Shown in pieces: positions 54,442 through 63,772 of a DNA stretch of 64,000 nt. The DNA comes from a virus: the IMG/VR virus record IMGVR_UViG_3300025736_000010, positions 1 to 64,000 of that record; one strand, 5' to 3'. Position numbers and translations under genes: made by a program. The stretch's first letter is position 1, and the number at the start of each line of letters is the position of its first letter. Below the pieces are notes generated by a model that ran no database searches, was not told the origin of the DNA, and saw only the letters and a list, made by a program, of their open reading frames with translations.

Positions 54442-54894
54442 ATGTGGCATTATAGCGGAAACCCAGGAGACAGCAACATTGATGCTATTAGATTCTACTC
54501 GCAACTTACAGATACTGACGATCAACGGTTAAGTGACGAAGAGCTTACTTTTTTGCGCACTAAAGAAGATACTAATATAGGTGCTGCTGCGCGTGCGTGC
54601 GAGACGTTAGCTGTGAAATATGCCTCTGAAGCGGACGTCAAGGTTGGAGCCAGTGGGGAATTTAGCATAAAAGCGTCTCAACTCTCCTCCCAGTTTTCCG
54701 CTATGGCTGTTGTGTTGCGTAGAGAAGCATCTAAACATGCATCTCCGTGGTCTGCGGGAATTAGCGTAAGCGAGAAGCTGGCGCAAGAAGAACGAACTGA
54801 CAGAGTAGAACCTGCATTTACAAGGGATCAGTTTGGAGGAGAAGGTGCTGGACAGAACGTATCACCTGAATGGGACGATGAGGGATATAGGTAA
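54442..54894 (+). CDS. head-tail adaptor (gp6-like)
   Basis: W.YSG.P....D.IRF....TD....LSDEE; promoter 54385-54413. Confidence 0.85.
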   Translation: MWHYSGNPGDSNIDAIRFYSQLTDTDDQRLSDEELTFLRTKEDTNIGAAARACETLAVKYASEADVKVGASGEFSIKASQLSSQFSAMAVVLRREASKHASPWSAGISVSEKLAQEERTDRVEPAFTRDQFGGEGAGQNVSPEWDDEGYR

Positions 54895-55571
54895 TGGCAT
54901 TATCATATTCTAGCCAAGTAGATAAGTCGATAAAGTATATGCTTAACAGACTAGGATCGACAGTCACGTATAAGCGGCTGCAAGCGCCTGGCGAGTGGAA
55001 TCCTGATCCATCTAAGGTTATTGACATTTTGTGGGAGTGGCCAACTTTCAAAGCAATTATATATGATGTTAAAACCTCTGATGTCGAGGAGAGCGGCGGC
55101 AGGCTTGAGTTAGGTGATAAGGCATTTGCTTTTCTTAGTGATGTGTTTACGTCGCATACAAATGAAGAATACATTAAATTCACCGCTGGCGCGACAGAGT
55201 TTATGGTAGGAGAATTGTTGACAGGTGCGACAAGCGGAGAAACAGCAAATGTGGTTAGCTCATACGAAGACAGCGGGACATGGGCTGCTGGTACAGCAGT
55301 TGGAGTAGTGTGGGTTAGCGGAGCTTCTGGTGAGTTTGGAGCGTCTGAAATTATTAATGGAAGTGTCGGCGGAACAAACATGGCGACAACTACAAAGACG
55401 AACACTTCTGGCGGGACTGACAGTGCTGCGCCGGAATCTGGTGACAAGATAGTTTATGGCGGGGATACGTATAAAGTTGATCTAGCTGCAACTGGCGGTG
55501 GAACAATTATACGAGAAGATATTACAGGGATAACAAGTACGATATGGGCGCGGGTGATAGAAAATGGCTAA
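54894..55571 (+). CDS. head-closure protein with inserted beta-rich domain
   Basis: Position; G..VTY; GD; P..GD.I..G..Y. Confidence 0.65.
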   Translation: MALSYSSQVDKSIKYMLNRLGSTVTYKRLQAPGEWNPDPSKVIDILWEWPTFKAIIYDVKTSDVEESGGRLELGDKAFAFLSDVFTSHTNEEYIKFTAGATEFMVGELLTGATSGETANVVSSYEDSGTWAAGTAVGVVWVSGASGEFGASEIINGSVGGTNMATTTKTNTSGGTDSAAPESGDKIVYGGDTYKVDLAATGGGTIIREDITGITSTIWARVIENG

Positions 55572-55929
55572 TTCTGTACAATGGAAGTTGGAGGGTTTCT
55601 ATGATAGAGCTGGAACGCAAACGCTTAGTTCTGGATTAATTACCAATACATTTACACAATTTGGTATTCAGAGCACTAGGGCTATGTTGAATAGACTGCT
55701 TCCACAACTAGCGGCGGCGGCGACTGCTCTGTGTCCTAGAAGCGGACTAGAAAAGGCTCACTTGCAGGACTCAATAGAGTGGTTTGTTTCGCCAACAGGA
55801 TTGTGGGGCGCGTATGGATCTAATTTCCCATATGCAATTTTTGTTGAGGCAGGTACTGTAAATATGACCGGACGACATTTCTTAACTGGCGCACTTAACG
55901 TAATTAAAATGCAAAACTTGGGAGGCTAG
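55564..55929 (+). CDS. HK97 gp10-like neck protein
   Basis: A...CP...L.DSI...YA.FVE.GT..M....FL..A. Confidence 0.85.
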   Translation: MANSVQWKLEGFYDRAGTQTLSSGLITNTFTQFGIQSTRAMLNRLLPQLAAAATALCPRSGLEKAHLQDSIEWFVSPTGLWGAYGSNFPYAIFVEAGTVNMTGRHFLTGALNVIKMQNLGG

Positions 55930-55930
55930 A

Positions 55931-56167
55931 ATGTTTTTAGTATTACACAGAATCGACACAGAACACGGAGTAATGGGCGCGGAACCAAAGTACATCGAGT
56001 ACAATTTGCCTATAGATCTATTAGGGCCATTCGAGGTACATCCACAAGGAACAATGGTATACTTGCGAAACAACATGGGATATGTTATAATTAAAGAAAC
56101 GACAGAGGCAGTACGCAACAAAGTAATGGAATTGATTACGAATGTTGCTCGGCAAAATAATGGGTAA
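55931..56167 (+). CDS. small FlbD-like hypothetical protein
   Basis: T.V.L.N.....IKET.E.V. Confidence 0.55.
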   Translation: MFLVLHRIDTEHGVMGAEPKYIEYNLPIDLLGPFEVHPQGTMVYLRNNMGYVIIKETTEAVRNKVMELITNVARQNNG

Positions 56168-56177
56168 GGGGTAGATT

Positions 56178-56597
56178 ATGGCAGACTTATCTACAGAGCT
56201 AGAAGAGGCGGTCTATAATTTGGCTGTCGCTGATAGCGATTTGTTGGATGAAGTTGGCGGAAGGATGAAAAACGGCAGACCTATTGCCGGATGGACTTTC
56301 CCGTACATACTGTATAGTTTCCCAAATCTACCATCAACGAACGTATTTCAGTCAAGTTCACCAGTAGCGACATCCATTAGCATATATTTTGACGTTTTTA
56401 GCGAGAACGACTTTTTGGCGTCGGAGGCAGGACCCATAGCAGGTTACATAAAAACCGTTTTTAACGGTGCATCTCTGACAATGACTGGATATCAGAATAT
56501 GACTATCAAGTTAGTATCAGAGAGATCGACGCAAGAAGAAGAAACAGGACTGTGGCACGCGCAACTTGGATATCAAGGAATGGCGTGTACTACTTAA
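56178..56597 (+). CDS. tail terminator (DUF3168-like)
   Basis: A.Y.L..D..L...VGGR..FPYI..FDVFS..WH. Confidence 0.8.
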   Translation: MADLSTELEEAVYNLAVADSDLLDEVGGRMKNGRPIAGWTFPYILYSFPNLPSTNVFQSSSPVATSISIYFDVFSENDFLASEAGPIAGYIKTVFNGASLTMTGYQNMTIKLVSERSTQEEETGLWHAQLGYQGMACTT

Positions 56598-56637
56598 TTA
56601 AGAGGATATACCTAGAAAATAGGTATGGAGGTGAAAT

Positions 56638-57039
56638 ATGACTGTTTATCAGGGCGCATCAGGCTACTTTATGGCAGCCGCAACTACTACCAGTGCAGCA
56701 TTGGTTGGCGAGATTAACCGGTACACCATAACAAAAACTTCCGATGCGATTGATACTTCTGTATTCGGAACGCGATGGAAGAGCTATGTTAATGGGTCAG
56801 TGGGTTGGACCGCCAGCATTAGCGGGTTCTACTATTGCGGCGATGCGGCACAAGAGGATATCGAAGATTCAATTGATGACGGAACTGCAATCGATTTGTA
56901 CGCCCATGTTAGTGATGATATTTATCACTATGGCGTTGGGTATACTACAAACTTTACAGTTGAGCAGTCGCACGACGGGGTCGCCACTCTTAGTGCGGAC
57001 ATTCAGGGGACAGATATTCTGTATCGTACCTGCCCGTAA
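56638..57039 (+). CDS. tail tube protein
   Basis: IDTS.FG..WK.YV.G..GWT.S.SG. Confidence 0.85.
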   Translation: MTVYQGASGYFMAAATTTSAALVGEINRYTITKTSDAIDTSVFGTRWKSYVNGSVGWTASISGFYYCGDAAQEDIEDSIDDGTAIDLYAHVSDDIYHYGVGYTTNFTVEQSHDGVATLSADIQGTDILYRTCP

Positions 57040-57060
57040 ACTCGTGTTTTAGCGTACTTT

Positions 57061-57122
57061 AGGGCTTGGCGTAAAAACCAAGCCCTTTTTTACTTGACAA
57101 ACTTTGCTAAATAGTGTATAAT
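57061..57122 (+). promoter_or_regulatory. terminator followed by sigma70-type promoter
   Basis: AGGGCTTGG/CCAAGCCCT plus T tract; TTGACA-17-TATAAT 57094-57122. Confidence 0.85.
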
Positions 57123-57148
57123 CATGCTATTGATGGGAGGCGGTTAAA

Positions 57149-57685
57149 ATAGAGTGGAGAGAAATTCCTGGTTATGAGGATAACTATTTGTGTTCCGATC
57201 ATGGGGATATATTTAGTTTGTCTCACAACAAGATAAAAGGTAAAAGACTGTCTAACAACGGATACCTTAGAGTCAATCTATATAAGAAATGCAAGCAAGA
57301 AACAGCGCTTGTTCATTCTGTTGTGGCGAGAACGTTTATTGGTGAACGCCCAGAAGGAATGCAAATAAACCACAAAGATGGTGATAAAACCAACAATCAC
57401 GTATTAAATTTAGAGTACGTTACTAGTAAAGAAAACTCTAGCCACGCTATTCGCACAGGATTGTTTAATCCTGTAGGCGAAAATAATGCAAGCAGCAAAC
57501 TGTTAGAATCTGATGTTGTGGAGATACAGTATATGATTGATAGCAAGAATTTTATGCAAAAACAGATTGCAGACAAATATCATGTTTCTTCCGCAACAAT
57601 ATCGGCTATAGCGACTGGTAGAATCTGGGGCACAGTAACAAATATTGAGTACTGCCCCAAAAAGAGAATAAAGGAGAGTGCATAA
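57149..57685 (+). CDS. NUMOD4-HNH homing endonuclease (probable ATA start)
   Basis: EWREIPGYE..Y..S..G; GYL.V.L; H..VA..F; INHKDG.K.NN...NLEY. Confidence 0.9.
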   Translation: MEWREIPGYEDNYLCSDHGDIFSLSHNKIKGKRLSNNGYLRVNLYKKCKQETALVHSVVARTFIGERPEGMQINHKDGDKTNNHVLNLEYVTSKENSSHAIRTGLFNPVGENNASSKLLESDVVEIQYMIDSKNFMQKQIADKYHVSSATISAIATGRIWGTVTNIEYCPKKRIKESA

Positions 57686-58824
57686 TTAATATCTTGATGT
57701 GTATATCTACAGAGCAAGACATAGAATCTCCGTCAATGGGATCGGAACGCGAAATGCTTGGCTATTCCGAGGCTTTAGCGGAAAGGGGGCACGTAGTATC
57801 AATTGTAAACGTACTTAGAGCGGCTCCTGACTGGAACATTGATTATGATGTTTGTCATCTGGTAAATGCAGGTGGATGGAAAGGCGCACCGATTCTAACA
57901 GCGCAAATGTGCAAGTTAAAAGGAATACCAGTTGTGATTTCTCCTGTCTACTGGCCCACAGATGAGATGCAGCGTGAAATCGCGGAAAAGTTCAAAAAAA
58001 ATCCAGAACTTGTATCAGACCAATTTGGCGCACATCTACAAGGCGTTAAGAGCATGTTGGAAGAGGCTGATTGGTTGTTGCCAAACGCTGAAATTGAGAT
58101 GGACAGAGTAGCAGAATTATTGTATGGCGATACATCAAATCTTTATGACGATGAAATAGATCAAATTGGATATACAGTTATCAGCAACGGTGTTGATGTT
58201 GCGAACGAAACAGACATGGCGCTCCGCCTTAACTACGAGGAATTGCTATTTGACGATAGCCTTGAGGATATTCTAGCAGATAGATTTATTCTATGCGTTG
58301 GCAGGGTCGAAATTAGGAAAAACCAAGCATCTCTCGTCGAAGCGATGAAACCACTGTGGGAAGAAGATCCAGACCTACAGTTAGTATTGATGGGGGCAAA
58401 GTCAATACCATACGTAGATTACATCAAGGAAGAGATTAAAGGCAAGAATATTCTATTTTGTCCTCCAGGCCCTCCTGTAGCTGTTGCTAAGATGATGCGT
58501 AGATGTGCCGTCCATGTTCTAGTATCGCTCATCGAAACTCCGGGATTAGTGAACCTAGAAGCTGCTGCCCTCAACAAACCTATCGTCGTAGCAGACCGTG
58601 GTTCTGTCTCTGAGTATTTTGGCAGCGAACCAGGGGTCTTCTACTGCGATCCATTTGATATCGAAGGAATGACTTTTGCATTACGAGGCGCGTTGAAAAT
58701 GAAGGAAGCCAATGTTCTTGGTGATTTTGTACGTAAAACGTATTCACACGCTAAGATTGCTGGTGATATCGAGGCAGTTTACGAGAAAGTTATTGCCTCA
58801 ACGCGAAAAGGAAACATTAAATGA
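57685..58824 (+). CDS. GT4-family glycosyltransferase (probable ATT start)
   Basis: L..RGH.V, NGVD, VGRVE.RKNQ, ETPGLV.LEAA. Confidence 0.9.
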   Translation: MNILMCISTEQDIESPSMGSEREMLGYSEALAERGHVVSIVNVLRAAPDWNIDYDVCHLVNAGGWKGAPILTAQMCKLKGIPVVISPVYWPTDEMQREIAEKFKKNPELVSDQFGAHLQGVKSMLEEADWLLPNAEIEMDRVAELLYGDTSNLYDDEIDQIGYTVISNGVDVANETDMALRLNYEELLFDDSLEDILADRFILCVGRVEIRKNQASLVEAMKPLWEEDPDLQLVLMGAKSIPYVDYIKEEIKGKNILFCPPGPPVAVAKMMRRCAVHVLVSLIETPGLVNLEAAALNKPIVVADRGSVSEYFGSEPGVFYCDPFDIEGMTFALRGALKMKEANVLGDFVRKTYSHAKIAGDIEAVYEKVIASTRKGNIK

Positions 58825-60470
58825 GGGCCGCACTTTTAACAAACCAACTATTTTTATGGGAAAACCCAAACGAACTAGCAATAGGCGGAGGAGAACGGTT
58901 TTCGCTACAGTTTGCGCAATTGCTATTAGATCTTGGATACGAAGTTCATATATATCAGTATTCTCCGGTAGGATTTGACAAAATGCACAATGGAACGCAC
59001 GTTCACGGCATTCCTAATTTCAAAGGCGACGGACTATTGTGGACTGGAATGTGCGATTACTTTTACGATTACACGAAGCGCTTTGATCGTGTGTTTATTA
59101 ATCTTCCTGATTTCGCGGCTGGTAAAGTTCGCGGCGACGCAACGCTAATTACGCACGGGGTTCTCTGGTGCAATAAGCCAGTCGGCGAACTACCTGACGA
59201 TAAGAAAGAAAAACTTTGTAAGATATGGAGCAAGGTTTATAAGAATGTTGTCGTCCATGAATTTACGAGAGAAACAATTCGAGAACTTGGGTTAGACGAT
59301 GTTGCAGATAAGATAGTTTGCATAGGTAACTATGTTGATACAGATATATTTAAGCCAGCCAATAAGAAGCCAATTATTATATTTCCTGGCAGAGCGGAGG
59401 TTTTCAAGGGGACAGGACTAATGCAGGAAGTACTTGAGCGTCTTTCTGATACTGGTTGGGAGGTGGCGTGGGTTGGGGATGGAGCACAGTTTGATAAACT
59501 AAAGACGCTGGAAGACAAGTATAGTAATTTTAGCGCAATAAGCGTTCCTTTAGACACAATGCATGAAGTTTATTCACACGCATCAATATGTATGGTGTTT
59601 AATATATCATCTCGCGGTAACAGCTTGACGTTGATGGAGAGCATGGCTAGCGGTTGTGCGTGTATCGGAATTGACGGCGGAACAACGCTTATAGAAGATA
59701 AAGTAAACGGATTGTTGTGTAAGCCTAATGCGCAGGATGTGGCTGACAAAATTAAGCAGTTAATTGCAGATGAGGATCTACGCAACAGGCTTGGTTTTCA
59801 AAGCCGGAAAGACATTATTAGCGAACACAACAAAGAAAAGTGGGAAAGAGAATGGATTAATGTAATAGATGGAGAGGGAGGAAATATGACAGACATTTAC
59901 CAAGAACGCTATGTAAAGCACCAAGAGGCTAAGAAGAATATGACGGCTACAGATAAAAAGCCAGAATACACAGACACAGAGATTATGACGCTATTTAAGG
60001 TAATGCACGAACGCAGAAGCCAGAGATTGTTTAACGATGACAATATAGATACAGACAGGCTAAAGGGTATTATGAAAGCCGCAGAACTTGCTCCTTCTTC
60101 ATGTAATCGCAAAGCCGTTAGGGCAGAATTGATTAGGTCGGAACATGATATATCGTTGTTGTCGAAGCTTCTTGTAGGTGGATCTGGTTGGTTAGAAAAT
60201 GCGAACGCTGTTGTGTTGTTGCTTGCTGATATGGCCGCATATAAATCGCCAGCAGAGGTTGGGTTTATGCCGTTTCTTGACGCAGGCGTGATTGCGCAGA
60301 ATATCTATCTTATCGGTGAGGCTCTTGGCGTTGGTGCGTGTTTCGTTAATCCAAATATTCGCGAGGCTGACAAGGAAGAATTTGATTCGTCGTTTTTGCC
60401 AGATGGATATCGATTCTGTGGAGCACTTGCTCTTGGGAATTATGATTTAAGGGAGGCAAAGCACGCTTGA
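58821..60470 (+). CDS. GT4 glycosyltransferase fused to a nitroreductase-like domain
   Basis: GGGER, VDT..F.P, GR...KG, MESMASG; C-terminal RRSQR.F, APSSCN, LDAG..AQN..L..LG.G.C. Confidence 0.9.
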   Translation: MRAALLTNQLFLWENPNELAIGGGERFSLQFAQLLLDLGYEVHIYQYSPVGFDKMHNGTHVHGIPNFKGDGLLWTGMCDYFYDYTKRFDRVFINLPDFAAGKVRGDATLITHGVLWCNKPVGELPDDKKEKLCKIWSKVYKNVVVHEFTRETIRELGLDDVADKIVCIGNYVDTDIFKPANKKPIIIFPGRAEVFKGTGLMQEVLERLSDTGWEVAWVGDGAQFDKLKTLEDKYSNFSAISVPLDTMHEVYSHASICMVFNISSRGNSLTLMESMASGCACIGIDGGTTLIEDKVNGLLCKPNAQDVADKIKQLIADEDLRNRLGFQSRKDIISEHNKEKWEREWINVIDGEGGNMTDIYQERYVKHQEAKKNMTATDKKPEYTDTEIMTLFKVMHERRSQRLFNDDNIDTDRLKGIMKAAELAPSSCNRKAVRAELIRSEHDISLLSKLLVGGSGWLENANAVVLLLADMAAYKSPAEVGFMPFLDAGVIAQNIYLIGEALGVGACFVNPNIREADKEEFDSSFLPDGYRFCGALALGNYDLREAKHA

Positions 60471-60591
60471 CAAACTCCGAAAAATAGTGTATAATCACTA
60501 ACGTTACTCTTCTTTGTTGCTCCCGGCCCTGAGAAATCGGGGCCTCTCCTTTGTTAATACACTTGACTTTTACACAAAAATATGTTATAAT
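60467..60591 (+). promoter_or_regulatory. promoter, short transcript with hairpin, second promoter
   Basis: TTGACA-17-TATAAT 60467-95; GGCCCTGA/TCGGGGCC; TTGACT-17-TATAAT 60563-91. Confidence 0.75.
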
Positions 60592-60614
60592 AGGTTAATA
60601 AGGAGAGTGAAAAT

Positions 60615-61127
60615 ATGAAAGCAAGTGAACTAAGAAAGAAGATCAGTGTAAAGTATGCAGAGGGTATTGTTAAGACGGATGATGGCAAAGAGGTAGTTGT
60701 TCGATTTCCGTTGTTAACATCCGGTGACTGGGGAGAGTTCAAGGACATGACATCCATTGATATCTGGGATCTCTTGCTTTCCGTCAGTGCAGGCTCGGAC
60801 AGTGCGAAAGTTGCCGATATGAACGAAGATGAATTGGCAGAGCATCAGAAAGAGACAAGTATTAATCTGCTTAAGAAGATCGATCAGAAGTCGCAGATTG
60901 TTATGATCTATCTATCTCTAAGACGAGATGACGAAGAAGTAGAAATGGACGACGTTGACTGGATTGTGTCATACGGTATGAATCAGTCGGAATACATCAA
61001 GATTGTTAACTTCTTGCTATACGGCGTAACTTCTGAGCAAGTAAAGGATCTCCAGGAAGACGGTGATACAAAAAACGAGCCAAAGGACAAGACGGCCAAA
61101 GTTGGGGATACGGAGGAAGATCTATAA
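60615..61127 (+). CDS. tail assembly chaperone (gpG-like)
   Basis: After the tail tube; acidic; slippery A AAA AAC at 61070-61076. Confidence 0.8.
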   Translation: MKASELRKKISVKYAEGIVKTDDGKEVVVRFPLLTSGDWGEFKDMTSIDIWDLLLSVSAGSDSAKVADMNEDELAEHQKETSINLLKKIDQKSQIVMIYLSLRRDDEEVEMDDVDWIVSYGMNQSEYIKIVNFLLYGVTSEQVKDLQEDGDTKNEPKDKTAKVGDTEEDL

Positions 61128-61468
61128 GTTGGGGCGGAATTAAGATATTCTTCGGAAAGTGGTATGGAATAAAAGAGGAGGATATGTGCCAGATGTATTG
61201 GAGCGAGATTCTTGATAACGCTCAGGGCGTAATGATACTTGAGGGAATCGAGAACTCGCGCCAAGCTCTTCCGATGACAGATGCTTCTGGAATGATGTCG
61301 TTTAGGACTCAGCAAAAAGAACAGATGAAAGGAATCTGGGAAATAATGTTCCCACATTCTGTGCAATATCATGAGGAAGAGGCAGAAAAGCTACAAGCGT
61401 TCAAGAGCAGGAAAGAGATGTATCAGAAGATGGCTGACGATATAAATCGGAAGAGGGGTATAAAGTAG
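60615..61468 (+). CDS. tail assembly chaperone, -1 frameshift form (gpGT-like)
   Basis: The -1 frame from 61070 is open for 38 codons into ORF 61184-61468. Confidence 0.8.
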
Positions 61469-61479
61469 ATTAGTGCGCC

Positions 61480-61630
61480 TTGACAAACGGCTGTTGATAG
61501 TGTATAATATCGGTGTCGTCTAGGAGACTTGACACTCCAGGATGATACGTATAATATCATTACTTGACAGGAGCCTCGTTATAGCGGGGCTTTTGTCTTG
61601 CTTGACAAACGTTGGGGAATAGTGTATAAT
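61480..61630 (+). promoter_or_regulatory. tandem promoters around a terminator
   Basis: TTGACA-17-TATAAT at 61480 and 61602; GAGCCTCG/CGGGGCTTTT between. Confidence 0.75.
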
Positions 61631-61656
61631 GGTTAATATACGAAGCACAAGGGAGA

Positions 61657-61899
61657 GTGATCGACATGCGAAAAGAAGAGTTGGACTATAATGCAGATGA
61701 TGTAGCATTGATTGGAGAGCGAGAAATAGCTGGCGGAGTATTTGAGATAACTGGTGGTATTGGTCGCTGGATTGAAGTTAACTTAGATGGGAAGGGAGAA
61801 GCACACACTGATTTTCAACGCACAAATATAAAGAGAGACGAATACGGGATAATAATTCTGGAATTTACAGAAATGCTAGATAAATATATCGTTGTTTAG
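61657..61899 (+). CDS. hypothetical protein
   Basis: AAGGGAG RBS. Confidence 0.65.
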   Translation: MIDMRKEELDYNADDVALIGEREIAGGVFEITGGIGRWIEVNLDGKGEAHTDFQRTNIKRDEYGIIILEFTEMLDKYIVV

Positions 61900-61910
61900 C
61901 GGGGAGATAT

Positions 61911-62912
61911 ATGGCTAAACGTGTAACTGATGAAGAGAGGGTTAAGATTCTGAGTATGCGCGAACAAGGGATGACATATAAAGCGATTGGTTTAGAGATT
62001 GGAAGGGGGAGAACAACAGTTGCCTCTGTGTGCGATCCTAAATATAAGGCTTATGCAAAAGCATACGGACAGTCACCAGAGCGCAAGGAAAAACAAAAGG
62101 CACGAAGAGCAACGCCAGAATATAAAGCTTATGCTAAAGAGTACAACCAAAGGCCAGAGCAAAAGGCGTATATGAAAGCGTATCGGCACACCCCTCGTTA
62201 TAAAGATGCGAGAAGTTTGTATATGAAGGAATATAAGGACTCTAAGGAGTTCAAGGAGTCTCGCAAGAAATATCGAGAATCGCCAAAAGGAAAGGCTACT
62301 ATAAGAGCTTACGAACAATCTGCGAGCAGGAAGGCACATAGGTCAGCTTATGGAAAAGAATATTGGCAAAGACCGGAAGTTAAAGCAGCCAACATTGCAT
62401 ACAATCAATCTCCTGGGCGCATAGCTTATAGGCAATCGCAAAGACATAAAGATCTAAAGGCTGCCTACGGGAAAGAATATCGCCAAAGGCCAGAGGTCAA
62501 GGCAGCCAGAGAAGCTTATCAACAATCACCAGAATATAAAGCATTTATGAGCGACTATCAAAGGGGTCCTGGGCGGTTAGCGCATAACCTGCGCTCAAGG
62601 CTAACATCGGCAATTTATAGCGACCAAGCTGCTGGCGGCGCAATAGACGATCTTGGATGTACTATAGATGAACTAAGGGAATATCTTGAATTGCAATTTA
62701 AGCCGGGGATGTCTTGGGACAACTGGGCTTTGGATGGCTGGCACATTGACCATATCCGCCCGCTAGCATCATTTGATCTTACAGACCGCGCTCAATTTTT
62801 GGAGGCGTGCCACTACACAAACTTGCAGCCATTATGGGCAGAGGAGAATTGGAGCAAGGGCGACAGGTTGGATGTTGATGAGCATAAAATCACAGACAAC
62901 GGAGGTGATTAA
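61911..62912 (+). CDS. HNH/endonuclease VII-like protein with HTH and Y.Q.PE.KA repeats
   Basis: LGC...EL..YLE.QF..GM.WDN...WHIDHI.PL.SF...HYTNLQPLW..EN..K. Confidence 0.9.
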   Translation: MAKRVTDEERVKILSMREQGMTYKAIGLEIGRGRTTVASVCDPKYKAYAKAYGQSPERKEKQKARRATPEYKAYAKEYNQRPEQKAYMKAYRHTPRYKDARSLYMKEYKDSKEFKESRKKYRESPKGKATIRAYEQSASRKAHRSAYGKEYWQRPEVKAANIAYNQSPGRIAYRQSQRHKDLKAAYGKEYRQRPEVKAAREAYQQSPEYKAFMSDYQRGPGRLAHNLRSRLTSAIYSDQAAGGAIDDLGCTIDELREYLELQFKPGMSWDNWALDGWHIDHIRPLASFDLTDRAQFLEACHYTNLQPLWAEENWSKGDRLDVDEHKITDNGGD

Positions 62913-62913
62913 C

Positions 62914-63171
62914 GTGAACCTTAAAATTCTTGTTAAGGACGACTACTACAAGGGCGTATTTATTGACGGAGAGCCAATTCCAGAAGTCTATTTAGTTGAA
63001 ATTAAAATAGCTACTCCTAGCGACGATAGTAACACTATCAAGGTATATCGCTACAAGAAAGAAAACGACAAAATTGTCATAGTAGATGATGAAGCAGTAA
63101 CAATCATCGACGAGTACTTGGTTAAGGGCGAGATTGTCTTTGATACGGAAGTAATTCCAGTAGAAAAATAG
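62914..63171 (+). CDS. hypothetical protein
   Basis: GGAGGTG RBS before GTG 62914. Confidence 0.7.
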   Translation: MNLKILVKDDYYKGVFIDGEPIPEVYLVEIKIATPSDDSNTIKVYRYKKENDKIVIVDDEAVTIIDEYLVKGEIVFDTEVIPVEK

Positions 63172-63182
63172 AGGGGGCAGAC

Positions 63183-63566
63183 ATGAGTGATAAAATAAGG
63201 GTGTATACGAAAAATGCGCCAAGTTTAGAAAGCCTGCAAGAGATGCAAGCGACACGTGACTGTTTAGAGGATGAAGCCGATGAGATTGCAGAACAAATAA
63301 GGTCGGCGGAGGCCGTATATCACAAGACCAGAGTATTTGCTGACCCAGATTGGTATTGCCGTGCTAAGAACGCTCTCAAGATTAAGCGCAAAATGAAGGC
63401 CCGCCTTGATCGAACTATTAGCCTGCATCGGAAATCTGAGAGCGAGAAAAAGTCAGCTACCTTTGAGCGATTCTTTATCGAAGAGGCTCGCAGTGTCTTG
63501 TCAACCGAGGAATTCGACAGCATAATTGAATCTACAAAACGAAGAACAGACGTAAGCCAACTTTAG
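63183..63566 (+). CDS. hypothetical coiled-coil protein (D.DW..RA..AL)
   Basis: GAGGGG RBS. Confidence 0.75.
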   Translation: MSDKIRVYTKNAPSLESLQEMQATRDCLEDEADEIAEQIRSAEAVYHKTRVFADPDWYCRAKNALKIKRKMKARLDRTISLHRKSESEKKSATFERFFIEEARSVLSTEEFDSIIESTKRRTDVSQL

Positions 63567-63772
63567 ATAAGACACAAGCGTAGTCCCTACTTTCTTGATG
63601 CATCTCCTTTCACTAGGCTTCGGGTAAAACCGAGGCCTTTTTCTATGTAAATACACTTGACTTTTCCCCTAATATATGGTATAATAGTAAGAATAGAAGA
63701 ATAGCGCAAAGAAAGAACGTAAGCGAATAAGAGGGATGTTTGATAAAAAATGGGGAGAGGGGTATCGAATAG

